A stretch of DNA of 64,000 nucleotides. It comes from Verrucomicrobiota bacterium (GTDB lineage: Bacteria > Verrucomicrobiota > Verrucomicrobiia > Verrucomicrobiales > Akkermansiaceae). The DNA is taken from the NCBI GenBank assembly GCA_004294095.1, contig RDZR01000026.1:16411-80410 (forward strand), written 5' to 3'. The position numbers were made by a program, and so were the translations under genes. Shown one piece after another: positions 1-9,404 of the stretch; position 1 is the stretch's first letter; every line of letters starts with the position of its first letter. The notes under the pieces are model-generated. The model did not search any database. It had not been told where the DNA came from and saw only the letters and a list, made by a program, of their open reading frames with translations.

Positions 1-396
1 CATTTGCGCCAGCAGCTTGAGTTGCTTTCGCGCGCGAGGCTCGCTCATTCGCAGGCGCGGCTTGCACAACTCAGCTCTCGCCATCTCGCGCAACGTCCAG
101 ACCAAGTGCTTGATCGCAGAGAGCGAGCCTTCAACGACCTACGCCATCGCTTGCAGCGCAGTGCCCGCGATCGTCTAGCGGTCTATCAACAAACATTGCA
201 CCAGCAGCATGCCATATTGCGCGCACTAGGGCCCATTTCTGTTTTTCAACGTGGATTTTCTATTACCTTAGATCGTGAGGGGAAATTAATCCGTTCCGCC
301 AAGCAGCTCGCTTCAAATACCGAGATGATTACCCAATTCGCGGATGGGCGAGTCACGAGCCATGTGACCGATGTCTTTTTACAACATAAGCCCTAG
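1..396 (+). CDS. xseA: Exodeoxyribonuclease VII large subunit, C-terminal fragment (5' end lies outside the window)
   Basis: The frame is open from the window edge to TAG at 394-396. A Q/R/L-rich coiled-coil segment is followed by 'GPISVFQRGFSITLDREGKLIRSAKQL...ITQFADGRV', which is typical of XseA C-termini. Confidence 0.7.
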   Translation, partial: HLRQQLELLSRARLAHSQARLAQLSSRHLAQRPDQVLDRRERAFNDLRHRLQRSARDRLAVYQQTLHQQHAILRALGPISVFQRGFSITLDREGKLIRSAKQLASNTEMITQFADGRVTSHVTDVFLQHKP

Positions 397-766
397 TCGT
401 CTTAGGTCGTTTTTTATTAAATGATTTAATATCAACAATTTACATTATTTTTTAATTTATAAATATAAGTGGAAAATTTGCTTTATTTTTTTAATTTGTA
501 ATCGATGGCGGTGATTTTCTCTGGAAGTTCCGTTCGCAGCATGCATCAACATGCCAGAGGCAATTCAGGATCCAACTCTCTTCCGCTGCTAGCATCTCGT
601 TGGAGTGAGTCGAAGAAGGCGATCAGCTCGTTCAACGCACGCTCATTGTGTTCAAGCGATGCTTAGGTTGGCAGAAGGATTACCGACGGCGGCGGAAGAT
701 GGCTGCCACTTTGAATCCGCGTTTTGAGCCAATCAATCTCTGTGGATGCTTTTCAAAAAGCAGGAT

Positions 767-1468
767 TCAGCGTTGATCGATGCTGCGCAACAAAATGTCT
801 CCGACTTCTACGTGATCGGGCGCTTCGAGAATCGTGAGAATGGCGTGGGCAACGTCGATGGGCTGCAGCATTCGCATCGCCGAGCGGGTTTGGGCGAGAG
901 TTTCTTCGCGCCCGCGAAAGTAGCCATCTAACAGCGGGGTATCCACAAAACCGGGCGAAACTGAGGCGACTTGGATTGGCAAATTCGCTTCCTTGAGCTC
1001 CAAGCGCAGGGCATCGGTGATGGCGCGGACGGCAAATTTCGTCGGCGAATAGAATCCGCCAGAAGGAGGCACGCGGTGGCCGCTCATCGAGCTGACATTG
1101 ACGATGCGCCCGCCATGGTTGGGAAAATGTTTGAGCGAAAGTTGGCAGCATAAGCTCAGTGCCATCACGTTCACGCGGAACATTTCCTCCCAATCCGCTG
1201 GATTTCCGTCCATGATTCGCGAGAGGTATGCCACGCCCGCGCAATTGATGAGGCCATCGATTTTTCCTAACTGTTGGAAAATATTGTGGATTTCACTGCG
1301 CTGGGTGAGATCCGCTTCGATTGGGAAGATGGATGCCGGTAGCGCGGAGGGCCGCCTCGTGACTCCCAGCACGTGCGCCCCGCGGCCGACGAGCTCAATG
1401 CACAGCGCTCGCCCGATGCCGCTCGACGCGCCAGTGACGAGGAAAGTTTTATCATGCAAACGACTCAT
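767..1468 (-). CDS. Short-chain dehydrogenase/reductase (SDR) family oxidoreductase
   Basis: N-terminal 'TGASSGIGRA' Rossmann motif (TGxxxGxG), 'NCAG' motif and 'YSPTKFAV' (YxxxK catalytic motif); 233 aa. Confidence 0.85.
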   Translation of the reverse strand: MSRLHDKTFLVTGASSGIGRALCIELVGRGAHVLGVTRRPSALPASIFPIEADLTQRSEIHNIFQQLGKIDGLINCAGVAYLSRIMDGNPADWEEMFRVNVMALSLCCQLSLKHFPNHGGRIVNVSSMSGHRVPPSGGFYSPTKFAVRAITDALRLELKEANLPIQVASVSPGFVDTPLLDGYFRGREETLAQTRSAMRMLQPIDVAHAILTILEAPDHVEVGDILLRSIDQR

Positions 1469-2445
1469 GCAGAAACTGTTTCACCGCTCGTTGCTTCAGG
1501 CAATTTTACGAATAGCTCTTTGACGTTTGGGAGCTCGGCTGCTGAGCGCGCGCGTTGGCTGGAAATGATTTGACCATTGCGAAACAAAAATGCGCCTGGC
1601 ATCTGCAATCCATCCCCTGCGAGGTGTCCGACCCCGCAGCCTTGGATAATGGAAATCGCACCTCGCCACCAAACTTGCGGGCCAAATAACTCGAGAAAAC
1701 CACCTTTGCCGAGGCCGAAGGCACGGTAGAGCTCGCAGCGAGGATCTGCGATGCGTGGGATGCCGCTGCGCTCGCCAAGGTATTTCGTTTCCGCGCCGCG
1801 TTGGAGCATGTGCACCAGCACCAAGGTGGCACCATTTCGCTTCGCATCATTATCAATGGACTCGAGCCCACGCAGGATTTGCCGAGTGAATGTGCAGCCA
1901 AAATGACGGAGAAATACGATCGCAAGCGTTTTATTTTCCGACGCTTGGGCAAGTGTCTGGCCAGTCGAGAGCAAGTAAACTTGTGATGCCTCCGCCGGAC
2001 TATACGGCTCATTGCGCGATGGCGGCACGCCTGCATGCGCCTTCAAGCAAGCCCATGCAATCACGAAAAATGCGGGCAGCCAAATCAGCGAATCCGTGAC
2101 CAACCACCACAAGCACGAGGTGCAAATGAAGCCATTGACGATTTCTACGAAAAACAAAATCCCGCAGGCTAAAAATTTAAATAGGGTGATGATGACGACC
2201 GGCCAGTTTTTAATCGGATCTTTGGATCCCACGACCAAAATGATGCCGAGCACGCCGAAACCGATGCCAATCACTCGAATTAACAACAAATGATTCGGAG
2301 AATCCACACTCATCCACTGGAACCACATCGTCGGCCAACAATTGATCCACAGAGCGAGGGCGAGATGATACAATCCGGCGAGTAGCAGAACTTTCTTAAT
2401 CCACAGCGGTATTTTACATTCTCCATTCTCGCAACTTGAAAGCAT
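1465..2445 (-). CDS. Membrane-anchored peroxiredoxin-like (AhpC/TSA, thioredoxin-fold) protein
   Basis: The N-terminal ~140 aa are multi-TM hydrophobic. The C-terminal half ('LAIVFLRHFGCTFTRQ...MPGAFLFRNGQI') resembles the AhpC/TSA-like redox family. There is a 4-nt overlap with the downstream SDR gene. Confidence 0.6.
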   Translation of the reverse strand: MLSSCENGECKIPLWIKKVLLLAGLYHLALALWINCWPTMWFQWMSVDSPNHLLLIRVIGIGFGVLGIILVVGSKDPIKNWPVVIITLFKFLACGILFFVEIVNGFICTSCLWWLVTDSLIWLPAFFVIAWACLKAHAGVPPSRNEPYSPAEASQVYLLSTGQTLAQASENKTLAIVFLRHFGCTFTRQILRGLESIDNDAKRNGATLVLVHMLQRGAETKYLGERSGIPRIADPRCELYRAFGLGKGGFLELFGPQVWWRGAISIIQGCGVGHLAGDGLQMPGAFLFRNGQIISSQRARSAAELPNVKELFVKLPEATSGETVSA

Positions 2446-2496
2446 GGGAAAGAGTTTAGTGCCGCCAATCGATCGCGCAAGAGACGGAATTTCTGT

Positions 2497-3282
2497 TCAC
2501 TGTGGAAGGTGATCTTCGCAGTATTCCTTGCCATCCGCTGCGATTCGAAATTCCAAATGGCGATCTGTTAGTTCGGTGCGACCGCACACTTCGCAGCGGT
2601 GAAATGACGTTTCAGGAACCTCCGCATGTTTGCGCGAAATATTTTCCGAGAAATGCGTTCTATCAGATTGTTTGTATGAGCGCCACGCGGGCCATGCGGC
2701 AAATAACAGAAAATTTCCGAGAGCAAATGGCGCATAGAGCAAGAGCACTGGATTTCCGAGCGCTTGCAATACCATGAGTCCGCCAAGAACCAGCGCGATG
2801 ATACGAATTTGCACCGGGATAACGAGGAAAAGGTGCAGCTCAGTTCTCGGATAGAGCGTCGCGTAGGCGAAGAATGCGGAAAAATAAAGCGCGAGCCCGC
2901 CCATTCCAGCGCTGCTTGGGAAAATAAAATTTCCTAACAGAACCAACAGCATCCCGCTGTAGCAAAAGAGCGAAGTGCGGAATGCGCCCCATGCTTGTTC
3001 CAGCCCGTCGCTCATCATGAAGCAAAACTGCACCGCAAAAAAGAAAAACAGCAGACTGATGATTGAAGGTTTTCCAAAAATGGAATACGCAAAAAATCCA
3101 GTAATCACGCGCCAAACTTCACCTTGAAGGATTTTTCCTGTATCGAATTGCAGCACCTCGGCGAGCTCAGGCCTGATCCATAACAGCCCAAAAACCAAGG
3201 CATGCAGCAGCGAATAGTAGCGTAAAATTCCCGGAAATGCCAATGCGCCCACGCGGCGCTCGAGGCGGTCAATAAAAGTCAT
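2497..3282 (-). CDS. Polytopic membrane protein, rhomboid-like fold, with a C-terminal CxxC zinc-ribbon tail
   Basis: 'GEVWRVITGFF' resembles the rhomboid WR/loop-1 motif. A GxSG catalytic serine is not evident ('AGMGG' instead). The C-terminus reads 'CEVCGRT...CEDH'. Confidence 0.4.
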   Translation of the reverse strand: MTFIDRLERRVGALAFPGILRYYSLLHALVFGLLWIRPELAEVLQFDTGKILQGEVWRVITGFFAYSIFGKPSIISLLFFFFAVQFCFMMSDGLEQAWGAFRTSLFCYSGMLLVLLGNFIFPSSAGMGGLALYFSAFFAYATLYPRTELHLFLVIPVQIRIIALVLGGLMVLQALGNPVLLLYAPFALGNFLLFAAWPAWRSYKQSDRTHFSENISRKHAEVPETSFHRCEVCGRTELTDRHLEFRIAADGKEYCEDHLPQ

Positions 3283-3346
3283 GTGCTAGCTATCGCTCAT
3301 ATGCACAGATTGACAAGTGCACACAGCTTATTACTTTCCTCGCGTC

Positions 3347-4450
3347 ATGGAATTACTCAGGCATTCACCGCTCGAAGCTTCTCACCTCGCCCTCGGAGCA
3401 AAATTGACGAACTTCGCCGGTTGGCAAATGCCGATTCAATACACGTCGATCATGGATGAGCATGCGGCGGTGCGAAATGCCGTGGGTGTGTTCGATATTT
3501 CACATATGGGCCAATTCATCGTCAGCGGCAGCGGGGCCTGCGCATGGCTCGATGGCATGCTGACCAATTCCGTGGCAAGCTTGGCCGTTGGCGAAGGGCA
3601 ATACACGCTGTTGCTCAATGAAAGGGGAGGGGTGATTGACGATTTGATTTTGTATCGTTGGTTAGAAGACACCTATTTTCTCGTCGTCAATGCTTCCAAA
3701 ATCGATGAGGATTTCACGTGGCTTTCGCAGCATCTAGCAGCCGGCGTTTTACTGCGCAACGAGAGTGATGCGTGGGCTGGGCTCGCCGTGCAAGGGCCGC
3801 TCGCCGCAAGTCTCTATCAGAAAATTTATCCGCACGAATTACTTCCACCGCGCAATGGAATTCACGCCCTAGCTTCTGGAGAAATCGTCTGCCGCACTGG
3901 ATATACAGGCGAGGATGGATTTGAAATTTTCATCCCGGTGGGACATGCCGCAAGCGTCTGGCAAGCCATGCTCGATGGCGGTGCGAAACCATGCGCGTTG
4001 GGTGCGCGCGATACCTTGCGGCTCGAAATGGGCTACCCACTTAACGGCAATGATCTCTCACCAGACCGCACTCCGCTCGAAGCGGGTCTCGGGTTTTTCT
4101 GCGATCTAACCAAAAATGATTTCATCGGGCGCGAAGTGCTTTTACAGCAAAAAAGTGAGGGCCTTAGCGTTCGTCTAACAGCCATTGAAACCATCGAAAA
4201 AGGACCACCTCCTCGCGCTCACTATCCGGTGCTTGCTTCAGATGGAACGCAGCTCGGCGAGTTATCCAGCGGCGTGCTTTCGCCAACCTTGATGGCTGGC
4301 ATTGGCATGGCCTATTTGCCAACCGCGTTCTCAAAAATTGGCACGTCTTTGTTCGTTGAAGTCCGCGGAAAAAAAATCGCAGCCAAGGTTGTCAAAAAGC
4401 CATTTCTCACATCTCATCGTTCTCAATCCACTACCCCAACTCCACTCTAA
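3347..4450 (+). CDS. gcvT: Glycine cleavage system aminomethyltransferase T protein
   Basis: '[33 protein letters not shown]', '[14 protein letters not shown]' and '[18 protein letters not shown]' are classic GcvT motifs. I chose the ATG at 3347 over the upstream GTG at 3317. Confidence 0.92.
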   Translation: MELLRHSPLEASHLALGAKLTNFAGWQMPIQYTSIMDEHAAVRNAVGVFDISHMGQFIVSGSGACAWLDGMLTNSVASLAVGEGQYTLLLNERGGVIDDLILYRWLEDTYFLVVNASKIDEDFTWLSQHLAAGVLLRNESDAWAGLAVQGPLAASLYQKIYPHELLPPRNGIHALASGEIVCRTGYTGEDGFEIFIPVGHAASVWQAMLDGGAKPCALGARDTLRLEMGYPLNGNDLSPDRTPLEAGLGFFCDLTKNDFIGREVLLQQKSEGLSVRLTAIETIEKGPPPRAHYPVLASDGTQLGELSSGVLSPTLMAGIGMAYLPTAFSKIGTSLFVEVRGKKIAAKVVKKPFLTSHRSQSTTPTPL

Positions 4451-4458
4451 CATCGATC

Positions 4459-4839
4459 ATGTCCACTCCTGCAGATCTTTACTACGCCACCAGCCACGAA
4501 TGGTTACGTCTTGAAAATGACATCGCCACCATTGGCATTTCCAACCATGCACAAGAAGAACTCACCGATGTCGTCTTTGTCGAATTGCCAGAAATCGGCC
4601 GCTCGGTAGATGCGGGAGATCCCACGGCCGTTGTCGAATCGGTCAAAGCGGCAAGTGATATTTATGCGCCCATCGGCGGCGAAGTATGCGGGGTGAATCC
4701 GGAAGTCTCGGCGGACCCGTCATTGGTCAATACCGATCCTTACGGCAGCGGTTGGATTTTTAAACTCAAAGTCAAAAATCCGGCGGAGTTAAGTTCTTTG
4801 TTAGATGCCGAAGCCTACGCCAAGCACATCGGTCATTGA
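4459..4839 (+). CDS. gcvH: Glycine cleavage system H protein (lipoyl carrier)
   Basis: 'YATSHEWLR', the lipoyl-lysine motif '[15 protein letters not shown]', and '[11 protein letters not shown]'; it lies directly after gcvT. Confidence 0.93.
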   Translation: MSTPADLYYATSHEWLRLENDIATIGISNHAQEELTDVVFVELPEIGRSVDAGDPTAVVESVKAASDIYAPIGGEVCGVNPEVSADPSLVNTDPYGSGWIFKLKVKNPAELSSLLDAEAYAKHIGH

Positions 4840-4883
4840 GCATTGCATCTCATCCGAGGTGGCTAACATGCAACTTTGATTTC

Positions 4884-5705
4884 ATGAAATCGCCACCGCC
4901 TCTTGCCATCACGATCGCTGGCTCAGATTGCTCTGCTGGCGCAGGTGCTCAGGCGGATTTGAAGACGTTCCAACACTTCGCTGTTCATGGTCTAACCGTT
5001 TTTACCTGCATCGTAGCGGAGACCGCGGACGAAGTGAGCGCGGTGCGTGTTCTTCCGGTGGAGTGGATGATCGAGCAGGCACAATTATTGTTAGAAAATT
5101 TTCACATCACGGCAATCAAGACCGGCATGCTTTGTTCTGCGGAGCATGTCATGGCTGTGGCGAAATTGTTAGACCAATCACCCCAAGTGAAATGCGTCGT
5201 AGATCCGGTGATGGTCGCATCTTGTGGCGCACGCTTGCTGGCGGATGACGCGCTTAGTGCGTATCAAAATTTCCTACTTCCCAGAGCATTTCTCATCACG
5301 CCAAATTTGCCAGAGGCCGAAGTTTTGTTAGGTGAAAAAATTTCTAACATCGATGCATTGAAGTTGGCAGCGTTGAGCTTATCGAACCGATACGGCACCG
5401 CGGTTCTGCTCAAAGGTGGGCACTTGGAGGGAGATGCATGTGTTGATTGCTTGGCCCATGATGGCACGTTGCAAGAATGGTCGGCAGCACGCATCGACGT
5501 CGCAGCCTCGCACGGCACTGGCTGCACTCTTTCTGCAGCGATCACCGCCGGTCTCGCTCATGGCCAAGATTTGCCAGCAGCCATCGGTGCTGCAAAGCAA
5601 TACCTCGGGCAATGCCTCATAGAAAGTTATGGCTTCCAACAATCCAGCGGGCAGCTCGGGCATTATTTAAATCAAGGAACCACCTGGGCGCGCGGAATCA
5701 GCTGA
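4884..5705 (+). CDS. thiD: Hydroxymethylpyrimidine/phosphomethylpyrimidine kinase
   Basis: 'ITIAGSDCSAGAGAQADLKTF', 'IKTGML', 'VVDPVM', 'ITPNLPEAEVL', 'VLLKGGH' and 'HGTGCTLSAAITA'. I chose the ATG at 4884; the track ORF begins at a TTG at 4836. Confidence 0.9.
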   Translation: MKSPPPLAITIAGSDCSAGAGAQADLKTFQHFAVHGLTVFTCIVAETADEVSAVRVLPVEWMIEQAQLLLENFHITAIKTGMLCSAEHVMAVAKLLDQSPQVKCVVDPVMVASCGARLLADDALSAYQNFLLPRAFLITPNLPEAEVLLGEKISNIDALKLAALSLSNRYGTAVLLKGGHLEGDACVDCLAHDGTLQEWSAARIDVAASHGTGCTLSAAITAGLAHGQDLPAAIGAAKQYLGQCLIESYGFQQSSGQLGHYLNQGTTWARGIS

Positions 5706-5719
5706 GGCTTTGCTAACCC

Positions 5720-6460
5720 ATGCTCGATTCGCCATGGACTTTTGCCCTCGCATGTTTCTGCGCATGCTTGATCGGCCTTTCCAAATCCGGCTTCACCGGC
5801 CTGTCGTGGATTTACATCATCGCCTTTGCGGAAATTTACGGAGCGAAGCAATCCGTTGGCCTGATTTTACCACTGCTCATCGCGGCAGACTGCATGGCTT
5901 ATCCGGCATTCCGCCAGCATGGCTCGTGGCGGCCAGTTTGGGCATTGATTGGTCCTGCGTGTGTGGGAGTTCTGTTAGGCTGGGCGAGCTTGGCTTATAT
6001 TTCAGATGAAATCGCGCGCAGTCTCATCGCCGCATGCGTGCTGCTGATGGTCGTGATTCATCTCGCGCGGCGATGGCAATTTTTGCCTTGGGACCGATGG
6101 CTCGAATCCTCTGGATTCCAATTTGGCAGCGGCCTCTTCGGCGGATTTGCGAGCATGTTGGCCAACGCTGCGGGGCCGATCATCCAACTTTACTTGCTGG
6201 CAAAACGTTTGCCTAAAATGGAGTTGTTAGGAATCAGCGCGAGATTTTTTCTGCTCCTCAATTTGATCAAATTACCGATCAGTGTGCGCTTGGATATGAT
6301 CCATACTGCCAGTTTGTTAGAAAATCTTAAACTGCTGCCATTCCTGCTGCTCGGTGTGGTCTGCGGCAAATGGCTCATCCAAAAAGTCCCTCAGCGTGCT
6401 TTCGAATGGATGCTGCTGGTCTTTGCCATCCTCGCCGCCGCTCGCATGCTTTTTTCATAA
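5720..6460 (+). CDS. TauE/SafE family sulfite/anion exporter-like membrane protein
   Basis: A 246-aa polytopic protein with the N-terminal 'GLSKSGFTG' and internal 'ANAAGPIIQLYLL' repeats typical of TauE/SafE (DUF81). Confidence 0.7.
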   Translation: MLDSPWTFALACFCACLIGLSKSGFTGLSWIYIIAFAEIYGAKQSVGLILPLLIAADCMAYPAFRQHGSWRPVWALIGPACVGVLLGWASLAYISDEIARSLIAACVLLMVVIHLARRWQFLPWDRWLESSGFQFGSGLFGGFASMLANAAGPIIQLYLLAKRLPKMELLGISARFFLLLNLIKLPISVRLDMIHTASLLENLKLLPFLLLGVVCGKWLIQKVPQRAFEWMLLVFAILAAARMLFS

Positions 6461-6467
6461 TCCACTC

Positions 6468-7106
6468 TCAGCGCCTGCCTTGTTCCTGCAGTGCTTGGAA
6501 TGATTGCCATGCGAACATGCCCAAGAAAATTGGGAATAAAATGGACCCCGTTTTCATAAAAATCAAGACTGCTGCGACCACTGCGGTGGCAATGCTAATT
6601 TGCAAGGTCATGCGGATTCGCTGTGGTCCCATCATCGCATTGAGCAAGTGCCCGCCATCTAACGGAAGCACTGGCAGCAAATTGAGAATCGCCCAGACGA
6701 AGCTAATGATGATCATCACCCTCAAAAAATGCAGCCCGTTTTCATTCGCTTGGCCATCGATTGCCAGAAAAAGAACATAAACCAGTGCTCCAAAAATCAT
6801 TTGAAATGCCGGACCTGCTGCGGTGATGGCAAATGACTGCTTGCGCGAAATTTTGGCACCCGTGTAGGCCGCATACCCGCCAAATGCTTCTAACACCACA
6901 TGCACTTGGGCCCCAAATTTTTTGGCTGTTAGAGCGTGGCCCATTTCGTGCACGAGGATCGAAATAAAACCTGCAATCACAAACAAGCCGAGCGCCAGTA
7001 GTTCTTGCTGGGTATCCGCTCTGAGTGCTCCGCCGATAAGTGCCATCGTCAGCCAGAAAAATGGATGCACCTGAATTGGAATCCCAAACATCGAAAATCG
7101 AATCAT
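6468..7106 (-). CDS. Site-2 protease (peptidase M50) family membrane metalloprotease
   Basis: 'HEMGHAL' HExxH sits in a TM helix and 'NLLPVLPLDGGH' is the second M50 motif. The start at 'MIRFSMFGIPIQVHP' (7106) matches family N-termini. The track ORF extends to 7178. Confidence 0.8.
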   Translation of the reverse strand: MIRFSMFGIPIQVHPFFWLTMALIGGALRADTQQELLALGLFVIAGFISILVHEMGHALTAKKFGAQVHVVLEAFGGYAAYTGAKISRKQSFAITAAGPAFQMIFGALVYVLFLAIDGQANENGLHFLRVMIIISFVWAILNLLPVLPLDGGHLLNAMMGPQRIRMTLQISIATAVVAAVLIFMKTGSILFPIFLGMFAWQSFQALQEQGRR

Positions 7107-7771
7107 CTGGCATCTGGTTAGCCGATCCATTTTCCGCTGGCAAGGCATTGACCAAAAAATGAGTGAGGATTCAGACACCTGCCGCAGAAGTCACGCTTGC
7201 GAGGTGTAATTTGCACGATGCGATTCCCGTTCAGGATCTCTCGTCGCCCATGGTTACGAATCTCTGAAATTTTTTGACTTCATAGCGTAGGAATCGTTCT
7301 TCATCACGCTTGAAAATAGTAATCATACGGGCGTGATAACTCTGGATGAATTATTTTAGAAATCGACCGTCGACGAACTTCGTTGTGTGATCATGGAATA
7401 TGTCGCCACTTTGGGGTTGGTGGACATCGCTTACAAAACTCCGGACGGATGTCGTAATGTCGAAAATTGGGGGATGGATTGGCATGGGCCGAGAATGGTG
7501 GTGCCGTGCGGCGCTCGGGTGGGGCGCTTCTTTTCGAGTGCTGCGATGCTCGCACCGCGGAGCTCATTTCCGCCTGCAAAGAGTTGTCGAGCATTTGTTA
7601 TCGCGTAGGAAATACCTCTCTCGTTATTCGCGAAGAGGGACTTCCTAAGTTCCAAAAACAGGTGCGGACGCTCGGTTTTGGCATTCGGTGAAGATGCCTT
7701 GCTCAGCAGTGGTCAATAAGAGTTGCCGCCAGAAGATTGACATGATCCCTAATCTTAAATAAAACACTGCT

Positions 7772-8566
7772 ATGGAAGAAAAGCCGCCTGCACCAGCACC
7801 GATTTCCGATCAATCTGACGCATGGTTTTACACTCTGAATGGGGAACAACATGGGCCTGTTGCCAAAAGCCATTTAGCGATCTTGGCAGAGCAAGGCTCA
7901 CTTCATCCACGCCAAGATATGGTTTGGAAATCGGGCATGAATGAGTGGCAGCCCGCGGGCGAAATCGAAGGGCTATTCAAGCGCCGGGAAATTGTTTTAC
8001 CGCCACCAAGTGCGGCGGCCACAGCGCCTGCGGCCAATCCATATTCACCGCCGGGCCATCGCTCGATTCACGATTCGATGCGCCAGCTTGGTGATTGGCC
8101 GGGAGCACGCCGCCGCAGTTATATTTTAGTGACGATTGTTTTCGCTTTGCTTTGGGCATTTGGCATCGGCTTAGCCACGCCATTTTTGATTCAAACATTC
8201 GGTGAAAAGATGGTGAATCAGGTGCTGCCTTTTAACTTCGTCGTTCCATTTCTGGTTTCCATATACGTCACGCTGCAACGCTTCACAAACCTTGGTATGT
8301 CGCGTTGGTGGATTTTAGGGAATTTCGTCCCGGTCCTAAATTTCTGGGTTGGCTACCGCCTATTTGCCTGCCCCGCTGGGTTTGCCTTGCATAAAAAACT
8401 GGATGGCAAAGGGATTTTCTTAGCCATCATTTATTGGTTAATGATCGCGTTTGTTATCCTCACGATCCTCGCGGTGATCGCTCTTTTATCAAATCTCATT
8501 GGCAGCCCTGAACTCCAAGAAGAAATCCGAAAAATTATTGAGCAGGCCCAAAGAGCGCAGCGCTAA
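7772..8566 (+). CDS. GYF_2-domain protein with a C-terminal multi-TM (DUF805-like) region
   Basis: 'WFYTLNGEQHGPVAKSHLAILAEQGSLHPRQDMVWKSGMNEWQPAGEIEGLF' fits the bacterial GYF_2 (DUF4339) pattern. The C-terminal half has 4 hydrophobic helices and 'RFTNLGMSRWW'. Confidence 0.6.
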   Translation: MEEKPPAPAPISDQSDAWFYTLNGEQHGPVAKSHLAILAEQGSLHPRQDMVWKSGMNEWQPAGEIEGLFKRREIVLPPPSAAATAPAANPYSPPGHRSIHDSMRQLGDWPGARRRSYILVTIVFALLWAFGIGLATPFLIQTFGEKMVNQVLPFNFVVPFLVSIYVTLQRFTNLGMSRWWILGNFVPVLNFWVGYRLFACPAGFALHKKLDGKGIFLAIIYWLMIAFVILTILAVIALLSNLIGSPELQEEIRKIIEQAQRAQR

Positions 8567-8617
8567 CTCTTGATTCAAATCCGTAAAGAAACCGACGAGC
8601 GGCAGGAAGCCGGCCCA

Positions 8618-9352
8618 ATGGAATGCTGGTGCCTGCATGGCTCAGTTGGCCTCGCATCCGATTGGCGAACCTTTGGAAAATCCCTCGCTGGCAATGGATT
8701 TAGCAGCCGCGCGGTGGATTTATGGAGGTTTCTTGCTTGCGAATCACTGCCATTAGGTGCGTTCGGCGCGGTGTTGAATGCAGAGGTGGGTGGCCAAGTT
8801 TTTCGTGGCAATGGCCGTGTGCTCATCGGCTATTCCATGGGCGGGCGGCTGGCTCTCCACTCGCTGTTAGAAAAAAATCATCCATGGCAAGCGGCAGTCA
8901 TCATTTCGGCTCATCCGGGCCTGGAGGATGCCGCGCAGCGCGCTGAGCGAAGAACCAAGGACGCAGAGTGGGCCGCGCGCGCGCTGACGCTGCCGTGGCA
9001 AGAATTTCTAACCGCATGGGAAGCACAGCCGGTGCTCGCGAATGCGAATGTTCGCGATGCCGCGGCGGCAGCTCGCTTGCAACAACAACGGCGGGAAATT
9101 GCGCGTAGTTTTGTCGATTGGTCGCTCGGTGCGCAGCAACCGTTATTGGCGCGCTTGGCATCGATTGACGTTCCAGTGCTATGGCTCGCGGGTGAAAATG
9201 ATCCAGTTGCTTGCGATCTCGGCAAACAGGCCGTGGCGAAGCTGCCAAAAGGAGTGTTAGAAATCGCGCCAGCCGCAGGCCATCGTTTGCCGTGGCAAGT
9301 GCCTGAATGGTTTGCACAGCGTGTCTGCCATTTTCTGCATCTAGGCGCATAA
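8618..9352 (+). CDS. menH: Alpha/beta hydrolase, probable SHCHC synthase
   Basis: 'HG' oxyanion motif, 'GYSMGGR' nucleophile elbow, C-terminal 'AGHRLPW', and a position directly upstream of menB-menA. Confidence 0.65.
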   Translation: MECWCLHGSVGLASDWRTFGKSLAGNGFSSRAVDLWRFLACESLPLGAFGAVLNAEVGGQVFRGNGRVLIGYSMGGRLALHSLLEKNHPWQAAVIISAHPGLEDAAQRAERRTKDAEWAARALTLPWQEFLTAWEAQPVLANANVRDAAAAARLQQQRREIARSFVDWSLGAQQPLLARLASIDVPVLWLAGENDPVACDLGKQAVAKLPKGVLEIAPAAGHRLPWQVPEWFAQRVCHFLHLGA

Positions 9353-9404
9353 GCGATAGATCAAGGGTTGCGGCAGCCGGAATCTGCATCCAGACTGCTC
9401 CGCC

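Noticed and set aside
520-700. Small minus-strand reading frame '...SLEHNERALNELIAFFDSLQRDASSGRELDPELPLAC' as xseB or an antitoxin
   Set aside because: There is no usable start codon (TAA lies immediately upstream in frame), it is very short, and the similarity to XseB/ParD-type proteins is only impressionistic.
753-1523. Overlapping ORFs 753-1244(-), 971-1153(+), 1098-1523(+) and 1267-1455(-), plus similar Arg/Ala/Ser/Pro-rich ORFs elsewhere (e.g. 8901-9389, 33589-34200, 36152-37858, 52145-53384)
   Set aside because: They lie antisense to, or out of frame within, ORFs with clear family signatures. They have low-complexity compositions typical of shadow frames.
3283-3346. Riboswitches upstream of gcvT (glycine), thiD (TPP), ribE (FMN) and purE (purine)
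   Set aside because: The upstream regions are too short (64 nt for gcvT; overlapping or adjacent genes for thiD and ribE). The 200-nt purE leader (59923-60128) shows none of the conserved riboswitch core sequences I know.
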